64,000 bases of DNA from Macrostomum lignano (Eukaryota), in assembly GCA_002269645.1 (NCBI GenBank), contig NIVC01000581.1, positions 62,001 through 126,000 on the forward strand, given 5' to 3'. Below are positions 51,550 to 64,000 of this stretch, one piece after another. The notes beneath the pieces are model-generated. The model searched no databases. It saw nothing but the letters and a program-made list of their open reading frames with translations, and was not told where the DNA came from. Numbering within the stretch: the first letter of the stretch is position 1; the number at the start of each line of letters is the position of its first letter. Both the position numbers and the translations under genes were made by a program.

Positions 51550-51807
51550 ATGAGCAGTGGCGACTCCGGCGGCGACTTCGCCCGCAGCCAGATGCGGCGC
51601 ATGGATGGCATGAACCGGGCCAGGGCCGGCCAGTTCCTGCGCGGCCGCTCCCACTCTCTGGCCCTCCTGCTTGGCCTGAGCGGCCTCGTGTGCGGCATTT
51701 ATTCCTTCACTCTGCTGCGAATGCGACAGGATGACCTGGCGCTGGACCCCGACTTCACCACCCTGCCGCCTGACACCCAGCAGCAGCCTGCCGACAGGGC
51801 CGCCTGA
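51550..51807 (+). CDS. COA3: COA3/CCDC56-like cytochrome c oxidase assembly factor, 85 aa, single exon
   Basis: GC3-rich ORF; basic segment followed by one TM helix ending GIYSFTLLRMRQDD, resembling the COA3 G-[IV]-Y-x-[YF]-T...Q-[DE]-[DE] motif; size fits the family. Confidence 0.65.
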   Translation: MSSGDSGGDFARSQMRRMDGMNRARAGQFLRGRSHSLALLLGLSGLVCGIYSFTLLRMRQDDLALDPDFTTLPPDTQQQPADRAA

Positions 51808-51816
51808 GCCACTACT

Positions 51817-52162
51817 TTGATCCCATACTGTCTTCTGATCCCATCCTGCACACGTGTCTCTTGATCCCATACTGTGTCTTCTTATCCCATCCTGCACACG
51901 TGTCTCTTGATCCCATACTGTCTTCTTATCCCATCCTGCACACATGTCTCTTGATCCCATACTGTGTCTTCTGATCCCATCCTGCACACATGTCTTGATC
52001 CCATACTGTGTCTTCTGATCTCATCCTGTACACGTGTCTCTTGATCCCATACTGTCTTCTGATCCCATCCTGTACACATGTGTCTTGATCCCATACTGTC
52101 TTCTGATCCCATCCTGTACACGTGTCTCTTGATCCCATACTGTCTTCTGATCCCATCCTGCA
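51817..52162. repeat. Minisatellite, ~42-45 bp unit (gatcccatactgtcttctgatcccatcctgcacacgtgtctctt)
   Basis: Direct tandem repetition starting right after the COA3-like stop codon. Confidence 0.9.
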
Positions 52163-52695
52163 CCTCTTCTCTAAATCCCATCCTCTCCTTTCCTGCCCAT
52201 CCCACTCTTGTCACAGTTGCGAAGGGTCTGATTACTCTGATATCCGAGTATGAAGCAAGGAATTGTCCATAGCAGTTGCAGCGCTGTCTTTTGCTGTGGC
52301 CGCTGCTGTCTGTAATTGCCCAGTTTTTCCTTCATAGTCTGAAATGCCCAGTTGAGCAAATTGAGTTTAAAATATTTGAGTCTTGATGAGCCGTCTTTTT
52401 CCCCTTGTTGCACCTGCGCAATCAGCAGCGAACTTGAAGCATTTTGCTTCTTCAAGTCTGTCGATTTAAAACAGAAACAGTAGCCGTGTCGCTAAAGTTT
52501 GCTATTTTTACTGCAAATCCGTTGATTAAGCAAATAAACAATTGAATTTGCATATGCTACTTTGCTGTGGCTGTAGCAACTGCTGATCCTTGTTTTGGTC
52601 TTGCTGTCTTTGTATCCAAGCCGCTAGCTTAACACTGTGCGAGTGTAAGGCGGAATGCTTCACCGGCAATGCCCTGTCCCGCAGCTGCAGCTACG

Positions 52696-54761
52696 ATGAC
52701 TTCGGGCATTGATTGCTTGGCCCTGAAGGCGGAGGACGCTCGCCTCATGGTGGCCGCCCAGGCCCAACTCGGCTCCAGGAACACCGACCACCAGATGGAG
52801 CAGTACGTGTTCGGCACCACCAAGGCTGGCGTCGGCGTCTTCAACTGCCGCAAGACCTGGGAGAAGATCGTGCTGGCCGCCAGGGCCATCGCCGCCGTGG
52901 AGAACCCGGCCGATGTCTTCGCTGTGGCCGGCACTGCCCAGGCTCAGCGGGCTGTGCTCAAGTTTGCCAGGTACACCGGAGCCACCCCCATTGCTGGCCG
53001 ATTCACGCCTGGAACTCTCACCAACCAGATTCAGGTTTGCTGTTTTATGATCTGTGCTGTGGGGATATCTTTGTTTTAATCACTTTTCTAGCGACTAGTT
53101 TCAAGTCGGTAACATCCTTATTAAACTGGGTAATTCACCGGCTGTCACTGCTGTCACTCCTACGGGTTCTCTGCTGTCACTCGTACGGGTTCACTGCTGT
53201 CACTCCTACGGGTTCACTGCTGTCACTCCTACGGGTTCACTGCTGTCACTCCTACGGGTTCACTGCTGTCACTCGTACGGGTTCACTGCTGTCACTCCTA
53301 CGGGTTCACTGCTGTCACTCGTACGGGTTCACTGCTGTCACTCCTACGGGTTCACTGCTGTCACTCGTACGGGTTCACTGCTGTCACTCGTACGGGTTCA
53401 CTGCTGTCACTCCTACGGGTTCACTGCTGTCACTCCTACGGGTTCACTGCTGTCACTCGTACGGGTTCACTGCTGTCACTCGTACGGGTTCACTGCTGTC
53501 ACTCCTACGGGTTCACTGCTGTCACTCCTACGGGTTCACTGCTGTCACTCGTACGGGTTCACTGCTGTCACTCCTACGGGTTCACTGCTGTCACTCGTAC
53601 GGGTTCACTGCTGTCACTCCTACGGGTTCACTGCTGTCACTCGTACGGGTTCACTGCTGTCACTCGTACGGGTTCACTGCTGTCACTCCTACGGGTTCAC
53701 TGCTGTCACTCCTACGGGTTCACTGCTGTCACTCCTACGGGTTCACTGCTGTCACTCGTACGGGTTCACTGCTGTCACTCCTACGGGTTCACTGCTGTCA
53801 CTCGTACGGGTTCACTGCTGTCACTCCTACGGGTTCACTGCTGTCACTCGTACGGGTTCACTGCTGTCACTCCTACGGGTTCACTGCTGTCACTCGTACG
53901 GGTTCACTGCTGTCACTCCTACGGGTTCACTGCTGTCACTCCTACGGGTTCTCTCCCGCCCAGCTAATTCTCACCTCCCGTAATTCTAACCAATTCCGCA
54001 GGCCGCCTTCCGCGAGCCCCGCCTGCTGATCGTGAGCTGCCCGCGCCAGGACCACCAGGCCATCACCGAGGCTCGCTACGTGAACTTGCCGGTCATTGCG
54101 CTGTGCAACTCGGACGCCAGCCTGCGCCACGTGGACCTCGCCGTGCCCTGCAACAATGTCGGCGTTCACAGCGTCGGCCTCATCTGGTGGCTGCTGACCA
54201 GACAGGTGAGGTCTTGGCACATTCGGCTTCAAGGTTTTGGCGTGGCGGTTTCAAATCACTGGGTGTGAAATTTATGGCAAAATTTACGCTAAGGGGCAAA
54301 CTGTATGTCAAAATACGCTCGTATGAAGGGCTATGTGAAGGTTTTGAGGCCTTTGCCAAGGTATTGGTGCTCAGGGTGCATGTATACACAGATCATGTCA
54401 AGAGTAAGTACTGATCACAAGTGCTGCCACCATACAGGTGCTCCGCATCCGCGGCACGATCCCGTACGACACCGACTGGGACGTGATGCCGGACCTGTTT
54501 TTCTACCGGACTCCTGAGGAGCAGGAGAAGGAGCAGAAGGCTGAGGAGGAGCAGGTGGAGCCCAGCGCCATCCCCCCTCCGGGTGCCGAGTTCACCGCTG
54601 CTCCAGCCGCCGTGGCCAACACCGAGGACTGGGGCGAGCCGGTGACGGCTCCGGCTGCCACTGTCGGCAGCTTCAGCGGGGCCACCTTCGAACAGCAGGC
54701 GGCTTCCGGCGGCATCGCCGATTGGGGCGCCGCTGTTGCCGCCGCCGATGGCAACTGGTGA
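52696..54761 (+). CDS. RPSA: 40S ribosomal protein SA (uS2 / laminin receptor), divergent; exons 52696-53034, 54002-54205, 54438-54761 (288 aa)
   Basis: [51 protein letters not shown]|[40 protein letters not shown], acidic tail with EDWG/DWG. Both introns are phase-0 GT..AG. Confidence 0.95.
53140..53950. repeat. Intronic minisatellite, 23 bp unit (gggttcactgctgtcactc[c/g]tac), RPSA intron 1
   Basis: Direct tandem repetition with a two-state C/G variant. Confidence 0.95.
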
Positions 54762-55172
54762 TTTTTGCGCACCTGGGCTTAGTGAGGCCGGACTGAGCAC
54801 TGCCGAATTGAGCGCGCTGACTGCTTGTTGATTTTGACGTGTTGATCATTGGAAAAAATACATTGCAGCTCACGGTTCCATAGCGACTCTCGCTGTCTAG
54901 CGACTTTCGATTTGGTTGGATGAAATTTTTTGGAACCTGTTTTCTCGACTTCATTATTTGTTCGTATAGTCAAAACTGACCAACCGTCAGGACCTGCGCT
55001 CAGATGTACTGTTCTCAATTGCAATTGGAGCTTTCAGGAGAATTGCAAGGAAAAACTAGATCAGAACTATTGATCATGGCTGCTGAATTCGTTTTTGGCT
55101 CCAACAAGTCATTCGAGTCTTGTGCTCAAGTAGCTCTCTGCATATACTGGTACATATGCTTTCCTGTGTTAT

Positions 55173-55484
55173 ATAATAAAAAAATTGATTACACCTGCCC
55201 CAACAGGGCCAGATGTGCAACCGACAGCTCAGCCGCAGCTATTGCGCAGCGCATCTGAAGGCTGCATATGTGCATACGGCTGTTCAGTCAAAGGACTGGG
55301 GGGGGGGTCGCCACACACCCTCAATTGCACCAGCTAATTATGCTGGCACCCATTTTACAGCTGGGTGAACTGAAGCAATGCAGAGTTACATGTAAATGTT
55401 TTGCGCAAGGACAGTCGGATCGGGAATCGAACCCCCGACCTTCAAGCCGTGAGTCTGACGCTCTAACCACTAGGCTACAACACT
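55173..55484 (-). mobile_element. tRNA-derived SINE copy 2
   Basis: Colinear with 39291-39594 over ~300 bp; A and B boxes on the minus strand. Confidence 0.8.
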
Positions 55485-57723
55485 CGTCTTTATACGCGAA
55501 GGCAAAGTTATTATATATCGTAACTAACCGTAACGGTCGCAACATCTCGGATGATTAAAAAGCTCAACAAATGTACATGTGCCGTGTACATTCAAGTCGT
55601 CCTTGTGTACATTATACATGTAGAAGTTAGGATCATTTTTTTCATTAGATCGTGAAAGTAGTGCTTGTACCGAGTGATTTAGGCTAATTTTGCCAATAAG
55701 AATTGTTAAGACATTGCGAGGACATGGGAAGAGTGAGTTCTCTAATCTCTTGCGTGTACGTACATGTAAGATGGGTTCGGCCTTCTAATCTAAAACCTTG
55801 GTCATATTTGGCTTTTCTCTTCACAACTTTCAAATGGAGTCGAAGTAAGAAAAGTAACTGTGCCGCTTAATGGATTGAAACAATAATTATGATATATGAT
55901 TCTTGTTTTGCAACATTATGTAACGTACCCGCGATAGAGCAGGTCAGAAAAGCCTCTCACCCAACCAATTAGAGTTTTCAAGCTGCCGCAGGGACCAGAA
56001 GTCATGCAGTTCCAGAGACAACCAGCAGAAAATTGGTGCTGGTAGTCGATGACTTCTTTCGTTGCTCATATGTAGGTGATGTACATGTAGTACATGTAGA
56101 TGCATAAGTCTGGCGCCCGGAGAGGGCGTTTCACCGCGATGTTAACCAGGCACTTTCGCGGGGAAAAATCGACTCCGTGTGCCGCGGAGAGAGCAGACGC
56201 AGGTAGGCCAGGAAGGAGAAGAGCTCGTAGGAAGGAGGGCAGGCGCGCTTCTTCGAGAGGTGGTCTGTCCCCCCACCCTTAATACTGTACATAGTCCTTA
56301 TAACGGCCGATTTATTATACCAAACGTCGTCGAATTTTAATGGACGAGCCGACTTGTTATACTCGATGTCCCATTTTCTGATTGGACAAGCCAAAGGTGA
56401 CTAGCTCGACTTTGATTGGCTGATCTCTATACCCCCTTTGCACTTTCCACAGGGCGATCTCTCAGGCAGACCCCATGCAGGGGGGTGACAGTTGAGTCAT
56501 GAATCATAATAAAAACTGGCCGCGGAAAAAATCCATCCAAAAATGCCACTGCCATACATCCTGACGCCCAAGAAGAGTCCACTGGACATTAATCATAAAT
56601 CATATAAAAAGTGAAAGAACAAGGACAAAAAGCAGACTGCTGGAGAAGCAACTTTCCCATCCAAACTATTTGTCGCCAAAAGTGACAGGGTTCTCGTAAA
56701 TCAAAATCGGCCAAGAGGTCAGCTTGTCATGATCTTTAGACGTAAACAGCTTAAAAAATTAACTCTTATCTCCTACAAGGTAAGACAAGAACTTCATTAA
56801 CTCCTACATGTTAATGAGGAGTTATATTTTATTATTTCTGACAAATTAATCCGTTAAGATGAAACGCGACGGATAAATAAAAGATAAAAATCAGAGAGGA
56901 GATACATGTATACATGTAGAAACACAGGTGCGATTCTAAGAATGAAAAGGTGCGTCGTCTCCTCATCACGAATCAGGGGCGTCACAGTGGATTTTATGGT
57001 GGGGGGACAAAAGCCAAGAAGTTCAACATGTACAGTACATGACTAAATTACTACTACATAAAATCGGTGTTGTCAGCCCTCATTTTGGCGACGCATTTAC
57101 GATATTTCTTCCAGAAATTGAATGATAGATTGGTATAGCAAGTATTTTTTTCATTAAAAGAATAAAATGTGTTAAAATGAACGTTTATATTTTCTGTCGC
57201 TTCTTTCTTTCTTATTCTTTCTACGTATTACTATACTACACTCCTACTGGTAGTATATACAGCAAAGAAATTATATGACGCATTGAACTTGAAGTTCACT
57301 GGAACTACAGATGTTGCATTATAGTTAGAATTCCATCAAGACGGAGAACTTCAAAGTCGGTCGCGGTGTTTAGAAAAGTAGAATCTGTATAGGAAAAACA
57401 TTTTAGAAATTAAATAATTAAATTTCGATTAAATTTAGTTTTAGAAACGTTTTGAAACATATAGACACATTTTCTTTTGCTCCTGTACAGAAAATACCAT
57501 CGATTTGTTTTTCTTTGCAAAATTGTTAGCAAGCTTGCTTGCATGAATTTAACGTCTTTGATTCCGTCGATTATTTTACTTTTAATTTTGCACCCTTGGG
57601 TCTTGGTACTGTTGAAAAAAAATACTACAGCAGATGCAGACATACGTAAACGGAACGTCCTTAATTACTTATACACAATGCATCGTCTAATTGATCGAAA
57701 TTGCGGTAAAACTTTTTTTTGAA

Positions 57724-60700
57724 ATGACAACATCTGGAAAAGACAGCGACTCTTTTGTATTGCTCGAGTCTGCTATTAAAGAAGAAATACAGCGGTTTGA
57801 GAGCGTTCATCCATGCATTTACGCAATTTATGATTTAATAGAGACTATCAGCAATCGAGAATTGAAAGACGCTATTCACAACAATCTGGTAACGATTGAA
57901 GGTACATAATTCAGTTTATAGATTGCTTCTTGTCACCTTGTGCTTGTGCTTTGCATGAATTTCTATTTATTGTTTATTATTTATTACTATAAATATTTAT
58001 TACAAATGTTTAATTTGGCCTTGGTTGGTGTTACTGTGTATTTATTTAGCATATTGATTATTTATTCTCTTAGTTCTTTATTCAAGTTTTCTTATTACTT
58101 TTATAACATGAAAGAATTCTTGAACAGTGAACAAAAATTACCCAATATTTAACCAATAACTGATAGCATTCAGACTTTATATCAATTCGATATTTTGGTA
58201 TATATTTAAAATAAAAAATCTTTGATAGTTCAAAAACATAAAGAAACACATTTTGCATTTGCAATCACTAAAATTCACAGAACTGCAGACATACTAAATA
58301 CAAATATGTAATGGATTTGCCTTGTTCTTGCATATATGAAGATATATTTGACGTGCGGCGAGTTTTTTTGAAAAAAATAGTTTTATTTTATTTTCTAAGC
58401 TCAGACTTCTTATGATATGAGTAAAAATCCTAACAAATAACATCCGAACGCACTACTGCTTCAGACGCTTTCGTCAACAGTCAGGAGTGGACCCTCAATC
58501 GGAATGTGAAAGAGCTAAAACTGGTGAGCCATGTTCAAGGATAACAACAACTTTTTAACTATCGATTTTTCTAAGAAGCGTCCCTTCGCCTCCCACTTGC
58601 AGGGCCTGCTGGGCAGCGCGGACTCGGGCAAGTCGGCGCTGGTGCATCGCTTCCTCACCGGCAGCTTCCTGCAGGACGCGTCTCCGGAAGGTGAGCCAGC
58701 GGATGGATCCCCGGCCCTGCGCTGAACTTCTTGGTTATCGTGAGAAACTTCAACCTTCATTAGCTGCATTAGTCAGCCACCACCGCTACCGAAATAACTT
58801 CTTCTGATCCGCAGTCATCAGCCAGGAAGTAAAAAATCCGTGTGTGTCTCCATTCTTTTTGCACAGCATGAAAAACCACGCGCCCAGCCTCCTGCGCCCT
58901 CATCAAGCCGGCCCCCAGCCAGCCCAGCAAGACTGCTGCTCCCCTCCCTGAGCCAGCTGCTGCTGCTGCAGACGCCAGCTGTCTGTAGTGTAAACAAAAT
59001 CCCTGGTCTCTGCAAATGCTATGGAAATCCCAAACAGGCTGCATTCAGCCTCCCGTCCGGTGAAATCCGGGTTGTTTGCTTTGCTGCTGCAATTCCTGCA
59101 GACCTTTGGGCGCTTCATCGCGCAGTGGGTCAGGTGGCTGCACCTTTGCACCAACGCTGTCTGGACATCGAGTCGCTAAATCCCTGCCTGTCCCCCCTCC
59201 CTCATCGTTTTCACCACCGCCACTCTGGGGAAGAGGGCCGGCCGGGGGGGGGGGGTAAATTGCCGTCTAGCGATGCGGTGGCTGGGGCTGAGGGAACTGG
59301 GATTGGGGGAGTAAGAATGACATTAGTGTCGTCCTTATCGTAATGCAGAATTTCACACTGTCAGTCGTATGCTCAGACTCAGTCTACTGCAAGTAGGATG
59401 AATTGAAATCTATATTATTTTATCATTTCTGAGCGCTTTTTCTCCTTATTCATGATTCGAAATTAAGGTGCTCAAAAATTAGTTCAAAATTTTGGATTCG
59501 TGTTTAATAAAAAATGAAAGACTAGGGAAACGAAAGATCCGACTCGTACTTGTGACGCTAGCATTTGTACTCTTTATGTTGTCAGTTTTAAAAGATTTTC
59601 ATTCGGCAACCCCTTCCGTTCGAATCCTAGAAAACAATACTGGACATTTAAACAAATGAAAAGCCATGAGATGCAGCTGTCTATGGCCAATAGGATGTAG
59701 CTGTCTATGGCCAACAGGATGCAGCTGTCTATGGCCAATAGGATGTAGCTGTCTATGGCCAACAGGATGCAGCTGTCTATGGCCAATAGGATGTAGCTGT
59801 CTATGGCCAATAGGATGTAGTTGTCTATGGCCAATAGGATGTAGCTGTCTATGGCCAATAGGATGCAGCTGTCTATGGCCAACAGGATGCAGCTGTCTAT
59901 GGCCAATAGGATGTAGCTGTCAATGGCCAACAGGATGCAGCTGTCTATGGCCAATAGGATGTAGCTTTCTATGGCCAACATGATGCAGCTGTCTATGGCC
60001 AATAGGATGTAGCTGTCTATGGCCAATAGGATGCAGCTGTCTATGGCCAATAGGATGCAGCTGTATGGCCAATAGGATGCAGCTGTCTATGGCCAATAAG
60101 ATGTAGCTGTCTATGGCCAACAGGATGCAGCTGTCTATGGCCATTCCCAAACCGATTTGCGTATGTTCTCTGTTCGGGCCAGTTCTGCAGCTCCTTTGAT
60201 TCCCCCCCCCACTGACCGCAGGCGGCCGCTTTAAGTGCCGCGTCGGGCTGTCCGGCGCCCCTCACCTGGCGCTTATCCGCGACGAGGCGGAGCCGCCCAG
60301 CCCGCAGTTTGCCGTCTGGTGCGACGCCTGTCTGCTGGTGTTCGCGGCCGGTCGCCCGGATAGCCTCGTTGCGGCTGCTGACCTGCGCAGGCGGTTGGCC
60401 GACGTGCGGCGACAGCCCGACCTGCCGCTGATTGTCGTTGGAGTGTTAGGTGAGCGGGACCGAGACTGACTGCTGCCAGTCTGATGCCAGTCTGATGCCA
60501 GTCTGACGTCACTCTGGTTTCAGCATTATGTCAGTCTAACGTCAGCATAATGTCAGTCTAATGTCAGCATTATGTCAGTCTAATGTCAGCATAATGTCAG
60601 TCTAATGTCAGCATAATGTCAGTCTAACGTCAGCATAATGTCAGTCTAATGTCAGCATAATGTCAGTCTAATGTCAGCATAATGTCAGTCTAATGTCAGC

Positions 60701-61112
60701 ATAATGTCAGTCTAATGTCAGCATAATGTCAGTCTAATGTCAGCATAATGTCAGTCTAATGTCAGCATAATGTCAGTCTAATGTCAGCATAATGTCAGTC
60801 TAATGTCAGCATTATGTCAGTCTAATGTCAGCATTATGTCAGTCTAATGTCAGCATAATGTCAGTCTAATGTCAGCATAATGTCAGTCTAATGTCAGCAT
60901 AATGTCAGTCTAATGTCAGCATAATGTCAGTCTTATGTCAGCAGACTCAACCACCCGCCCAGACTCGGCAAGCGAATCCCGAGCGCAGGCGGAGGCGGTC
61001 TCAAGGCAGCAGGCGGCGGCGGCAGCGGAGCTGGGCCTGCGGCAAGAGGACATGTTGTACTTTGAAGCCAGCGCCGCCACAGGTTACAATGTGGAGCGGG
61101 TTTTCACTGAAG
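57724..61112 (+). CDS. AGAP1: AGAP / centaurin-gamma, 5' part (GTPase-like domain). Exons 57724-57901, 58465-58523, 58603-58690, 60222-60449, 60945-61112; downstream exons not resolved in this window
   Basis: [24 protein letters not shown]|[38 protein letters not shown]...LIRDE...[24 protein letters not shown] match the AGAP N-terminus. All four introns are GT..AG with consistent phases. Confidence 0.9.
59670..60143. repeat. Intronic minisatellite, 24 bp unit (gcagctgtctatggccaataggat), AGAP intron 3
   Basis: Direct tandem repetition. Confidence 0.95.
60475..60940. repeat. Intronic minisatellite, 22 bp unit built from two 11-mers (taatgtcagca / taatgtcagtc), AGAP intron 4, abutting the acceptor
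   Basis: Direct tandem repetition. Confidence 0.95.
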
Positions 61113-62079
61113 GTGAGGAAGAGGCTGCATGGACGCGGGGGATTCTTGCTTCTATGTTCTTGATGAAGCACTCATTAGTTAAACTAGTTCCTAGGAGACG
61201 CTACCCCCCAGCCGAATTTTCCGCATTTCAAGCGCCGATCCAGTTCGATCAAAGGCTCCTTGGCCTCGACCGAAACTTGGCCCGCCTCGGCCCATGCTTG
61301 CGTGAACCACCGGGTTTTTCACTGGTTTGGATTTTAAAAACACATATCCAAAGTTTTCTACTTACAGTAGGCAATAAGTATGCCTGCTGAATTTTCGACT
61401 AAAATTATAAAATGCGATCTGACACGTTCTCTACAAAAAGGAACGCATGTGGAAGACAAAATAAAAGCAACATATTTGCTTCACAGGGAATCTCCATTCA
61501 TTCATTCATCAGTTCAACTTGAATCCCATGAGGATCCTAATTAGTTATTATTAAATAGTTCAAATTTCTAATACCCACCTGAAAGGGGGGCAGGCACGCG
61601 CCACAGGAAAAATTGTTATGATTTTGATCGATGCCAACAACTGGCCGCATCGCCCCTCCGGCCCTCCGCGTCTCCTCCCTGCTTCCCAAATCCCCGATTG
61701 TCGAATTCTCGCGCCGGGGTCCGGATTGGCCGGGCTCTGCAGTGTCAGCTTGCAGCCAAAGTGGCTGCCCGAATTCGCGGTTCAAGTGGCTTCGCTTTGG
61801 CCAAAACGGAACCGCAATTGGAGAGGCGAGAGAGAGATATTGTGTTGCAACTGTTCCTGCTGTGTTTGGGGGCTTGAAAATCTAAACTGTACCCCATGCT
61901 TCAGTGCTGCTGGCTGACTGTGCCAGACATCTGGCATGAAATCCAACACCTAGTTTTTAGGTAGCAAAAATATCTGCTTCACCATGCAGACACCTTTTAG
62001 CGCTTCAATGCAGCAGTTGTACATACTAAATGTAGTTTGTACATCAGCTCCATCAGTCTGTATGTGACACGGTCAGACC

Positions 62080-62640
62080 TATAAGACTCAGTGCAATGAA
62101 TTGGGTCAGCTTTATAAGACTCAGTGGAATGAATTGGGTCAGCTCTATAAGACTCAGTGCAATGAATTGGGTCAGCTTTATACGACTCAGTGCAATGAAT
62201 TGGGTCAGCTCTATACGACTCAGTGCAATGAATTGGGTCAGCTCTATAAGACTCAGTGCAATGAATTGGGTCAGCTCTATAAGACTCAGTGCAATGAATT
62301 GGGTCAGCTTTATACGACTCAGTGCAATGAATTGGGTCAGCTCTATACGACTCAGTGCAATGAATTGGGTCAGCTCTATAAGACTCAGTGCAATGAATTG
62401 GGTCAGCTCTATAAGACTCAGTGCAATGAATTGGGTCAGCTCTATACGACTCAGTGCAATGAATTGGGTCAGCTCTATAAGACTCAGTGCAATGAATTGG
62501 GTCAGCTCTATAAGACTCAGTGCAATGAATTGGGTCAGCTCTATACGACTCAGTGCAATGAATTGGGTCAGCTCTATAAGACTCAGTGCAATGAATTGGG
62601 TCAGCTCTATAAGACTCAGTGCAATGAATTGGGTCAGCTT
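62080..62640. repeat. Minisatellite, 33 bp unit (aagactcagtgcaatgaattgggtcagctctat)
   Basis: Direct tandem repetition; explains ORFs 62053, 62096 and 62101. Confidence 0.95.
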
Positions 62641-63164
62641 CAAGGAAGCGATTAGGTGCTCCGAAAGAAATTGTGAAGAAATTCTGGGGTCAGTGGGCTG
62701 AGCAATTACAGACTCCCCACTGCCACCGGCCTGCCTCATCTCAGTCTCCCTCCTCTTCCCAACCCTGCAAATCCTGCCTCGAGCTCGGTCTCAGTGCATC
62801 CACATCAGCGCCATCAGAAGCTCACCTGTCAGCAGTGAATCCAAAATTCAGTTCGGCCAGCCATTCAGCCGTGACCGCCAATTCATCCTGGGCCAGGCGA
62901 TGGCGATGCTGCCTGCCATTTTGGCCACGGGCTGGGCGATCCATCAGAGCCGGCTTGGCAGGCCGGCAGAGGACAGCGAGCGGCCCTCAGCGGTGTCCGA
63001 TTTCACCGGGGCATTGCAGCAGTGTCAAAAATCGACTTCCATTGTTCTCCCCAGAACCCCAGGCCCCATTGTGTTGTGCCGCGGCCATAAACTCGATCGG
63101 ACTCGAGATTGGGAATTGGCACTGTTTTGATGCCAATGCAGCGTCTTTTTGTGCTTAAAACACT

Positions 63165-63652
63165 GGCCAGGGACACCTGAGCTGGGATCTGGACTGCCAG
63201 GGACACCTGAGCTGGGATCTGGGCTGCCAGGGACACCTGAGCTGGGATCTGGGCTGCCAGGGACACCTGAGCTGGGATCTGGGCTGCCAGGGACACCTGA
63301 GCTGGGATCTGGGCTGCCGGGGACACCTGAGCTGGGATCTGGGCTGCCGGGGACACCTGAGCTGGGATCTGGACTGCCAGGGACACCTGAGCTGGGATCT
63401 GGACTGCCAGGGACACCTGAGCTGGGATCTGGGCTGCCGGGGACACCTGAGCTGGGATCTGGACTGCCAGGGACACCTGAGCTGGGATCTGGACTGCCAG
63501 GGACACCTGAGCTGGGATCTGGGCTGCCGGGGACACCTGAGCTGGGATCTGGACTGCCAGGGACACCTGAGCTGGGATCTGGACTGCCAGGGACACCTGA
63601 GCTGGGATCTGGGCTGCCGGGGACACCTGAGCTGGGATCTGGGCTGCCAGGG
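63165..63652. repeat. Minisatellite, 30 bp unit (gggacacctgagctgggatctgggctgcca)
   Basis: Direct tandem repetition; explains ORFs 63003, 63149 and 63155. Confidence 0.95.
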
Positions 63653-64000
63653 AAAGTTGAAAGTCGCTGTGAAATCCAAAATCACAGAGCAGAAAAACTA
63701 TTTTCAGTCCTGTTTGAGCTTGGCTTTGAGAAATTCTCGGTCAGAATCGCATTGGAGAGATTTCTGCAGCCTTGCAGTGAGGGCAGGGTTACCCGCAGGC
63801 TTCTGCAAAATGCTGCTCCACATTCTGCCCAAGTCCCCTCGGCTCGGCACACAGAGCCGCAGACAGGGCTGACAGACAGATTACCCGATAGAGACCAGCC
63901 TGCTTCTTTTGAAGGGGGGGGGGCGCCTCGAATAGATGGGATATTTTCCCCTCTCACAAGCGGGTTGTAAAATCGAATTTCCGAATGAGAGGGTTGTGAG

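Noticed and set aside
53140-53950. Binary C/G variant pattern as encoded information
   Set aside because: Typical minisatellite variant interspersion produced by slippage or conversion; no evidence of function
52713-54029. 438-aa ORF spanning RPSA intron 1
   Set aside because: Out-of-frame read of RPSA exon 1 running through the 23-bp minisatellite
61600-63970. Candidate further AGAP exons and ORFs 62053..63970
   Set aside because: Several AG acceptors are possible but none gave a translation I could match to AGAP; the long ORFs are 33-bp and 30-bp repeat translations

Overview
Eukaryotic (metazoan) genomic DNA with GC-rich exons, AT-rich transposon-littered intergenic DNA, and introns filled by locus-specific minisatellites. 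This style suggests a free-living flatworm such as Macrostomum, but the species is an inference and not established. Supportable genes: two paralogous small secreted His-rich proteins on the minus strand (1028-1237, 3814-4239), then nine genes all on the plus strand. These are a divergent Orai, SUZ12, SCO1/2, two tandem PB1-domain MEKK2/3-like kinases separated by a ~7.5 kb 32-bp satellite (each with one apparent -1 frameshift), RAB14, a COA3-like protein, a divergent RPSA and the 5' part of an AGAP/centaurin-gamma gene. Mobile DNA includes an hAT-type element with an 8-bp TSD, a MULE-type MITE with a 9-bp TSD nested in a ~3.2 kb TIR element, two tRNA-head SINE copies, a Penelope-like N-terminal fragment and several fold-back elements. 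The most interesting items are the His-rich secreted peptide pair, an Orai lacking the TM3 glutamate, a degenerate kinase paralog whose intron carries 16 in-frame candidate splice acceptors, and a strongly diverged RPSA. Most long ORFs in the supplied track are artefacts of tandem repeats. All residue comparisons were made by eye from remembered family sequences; no searches were run.
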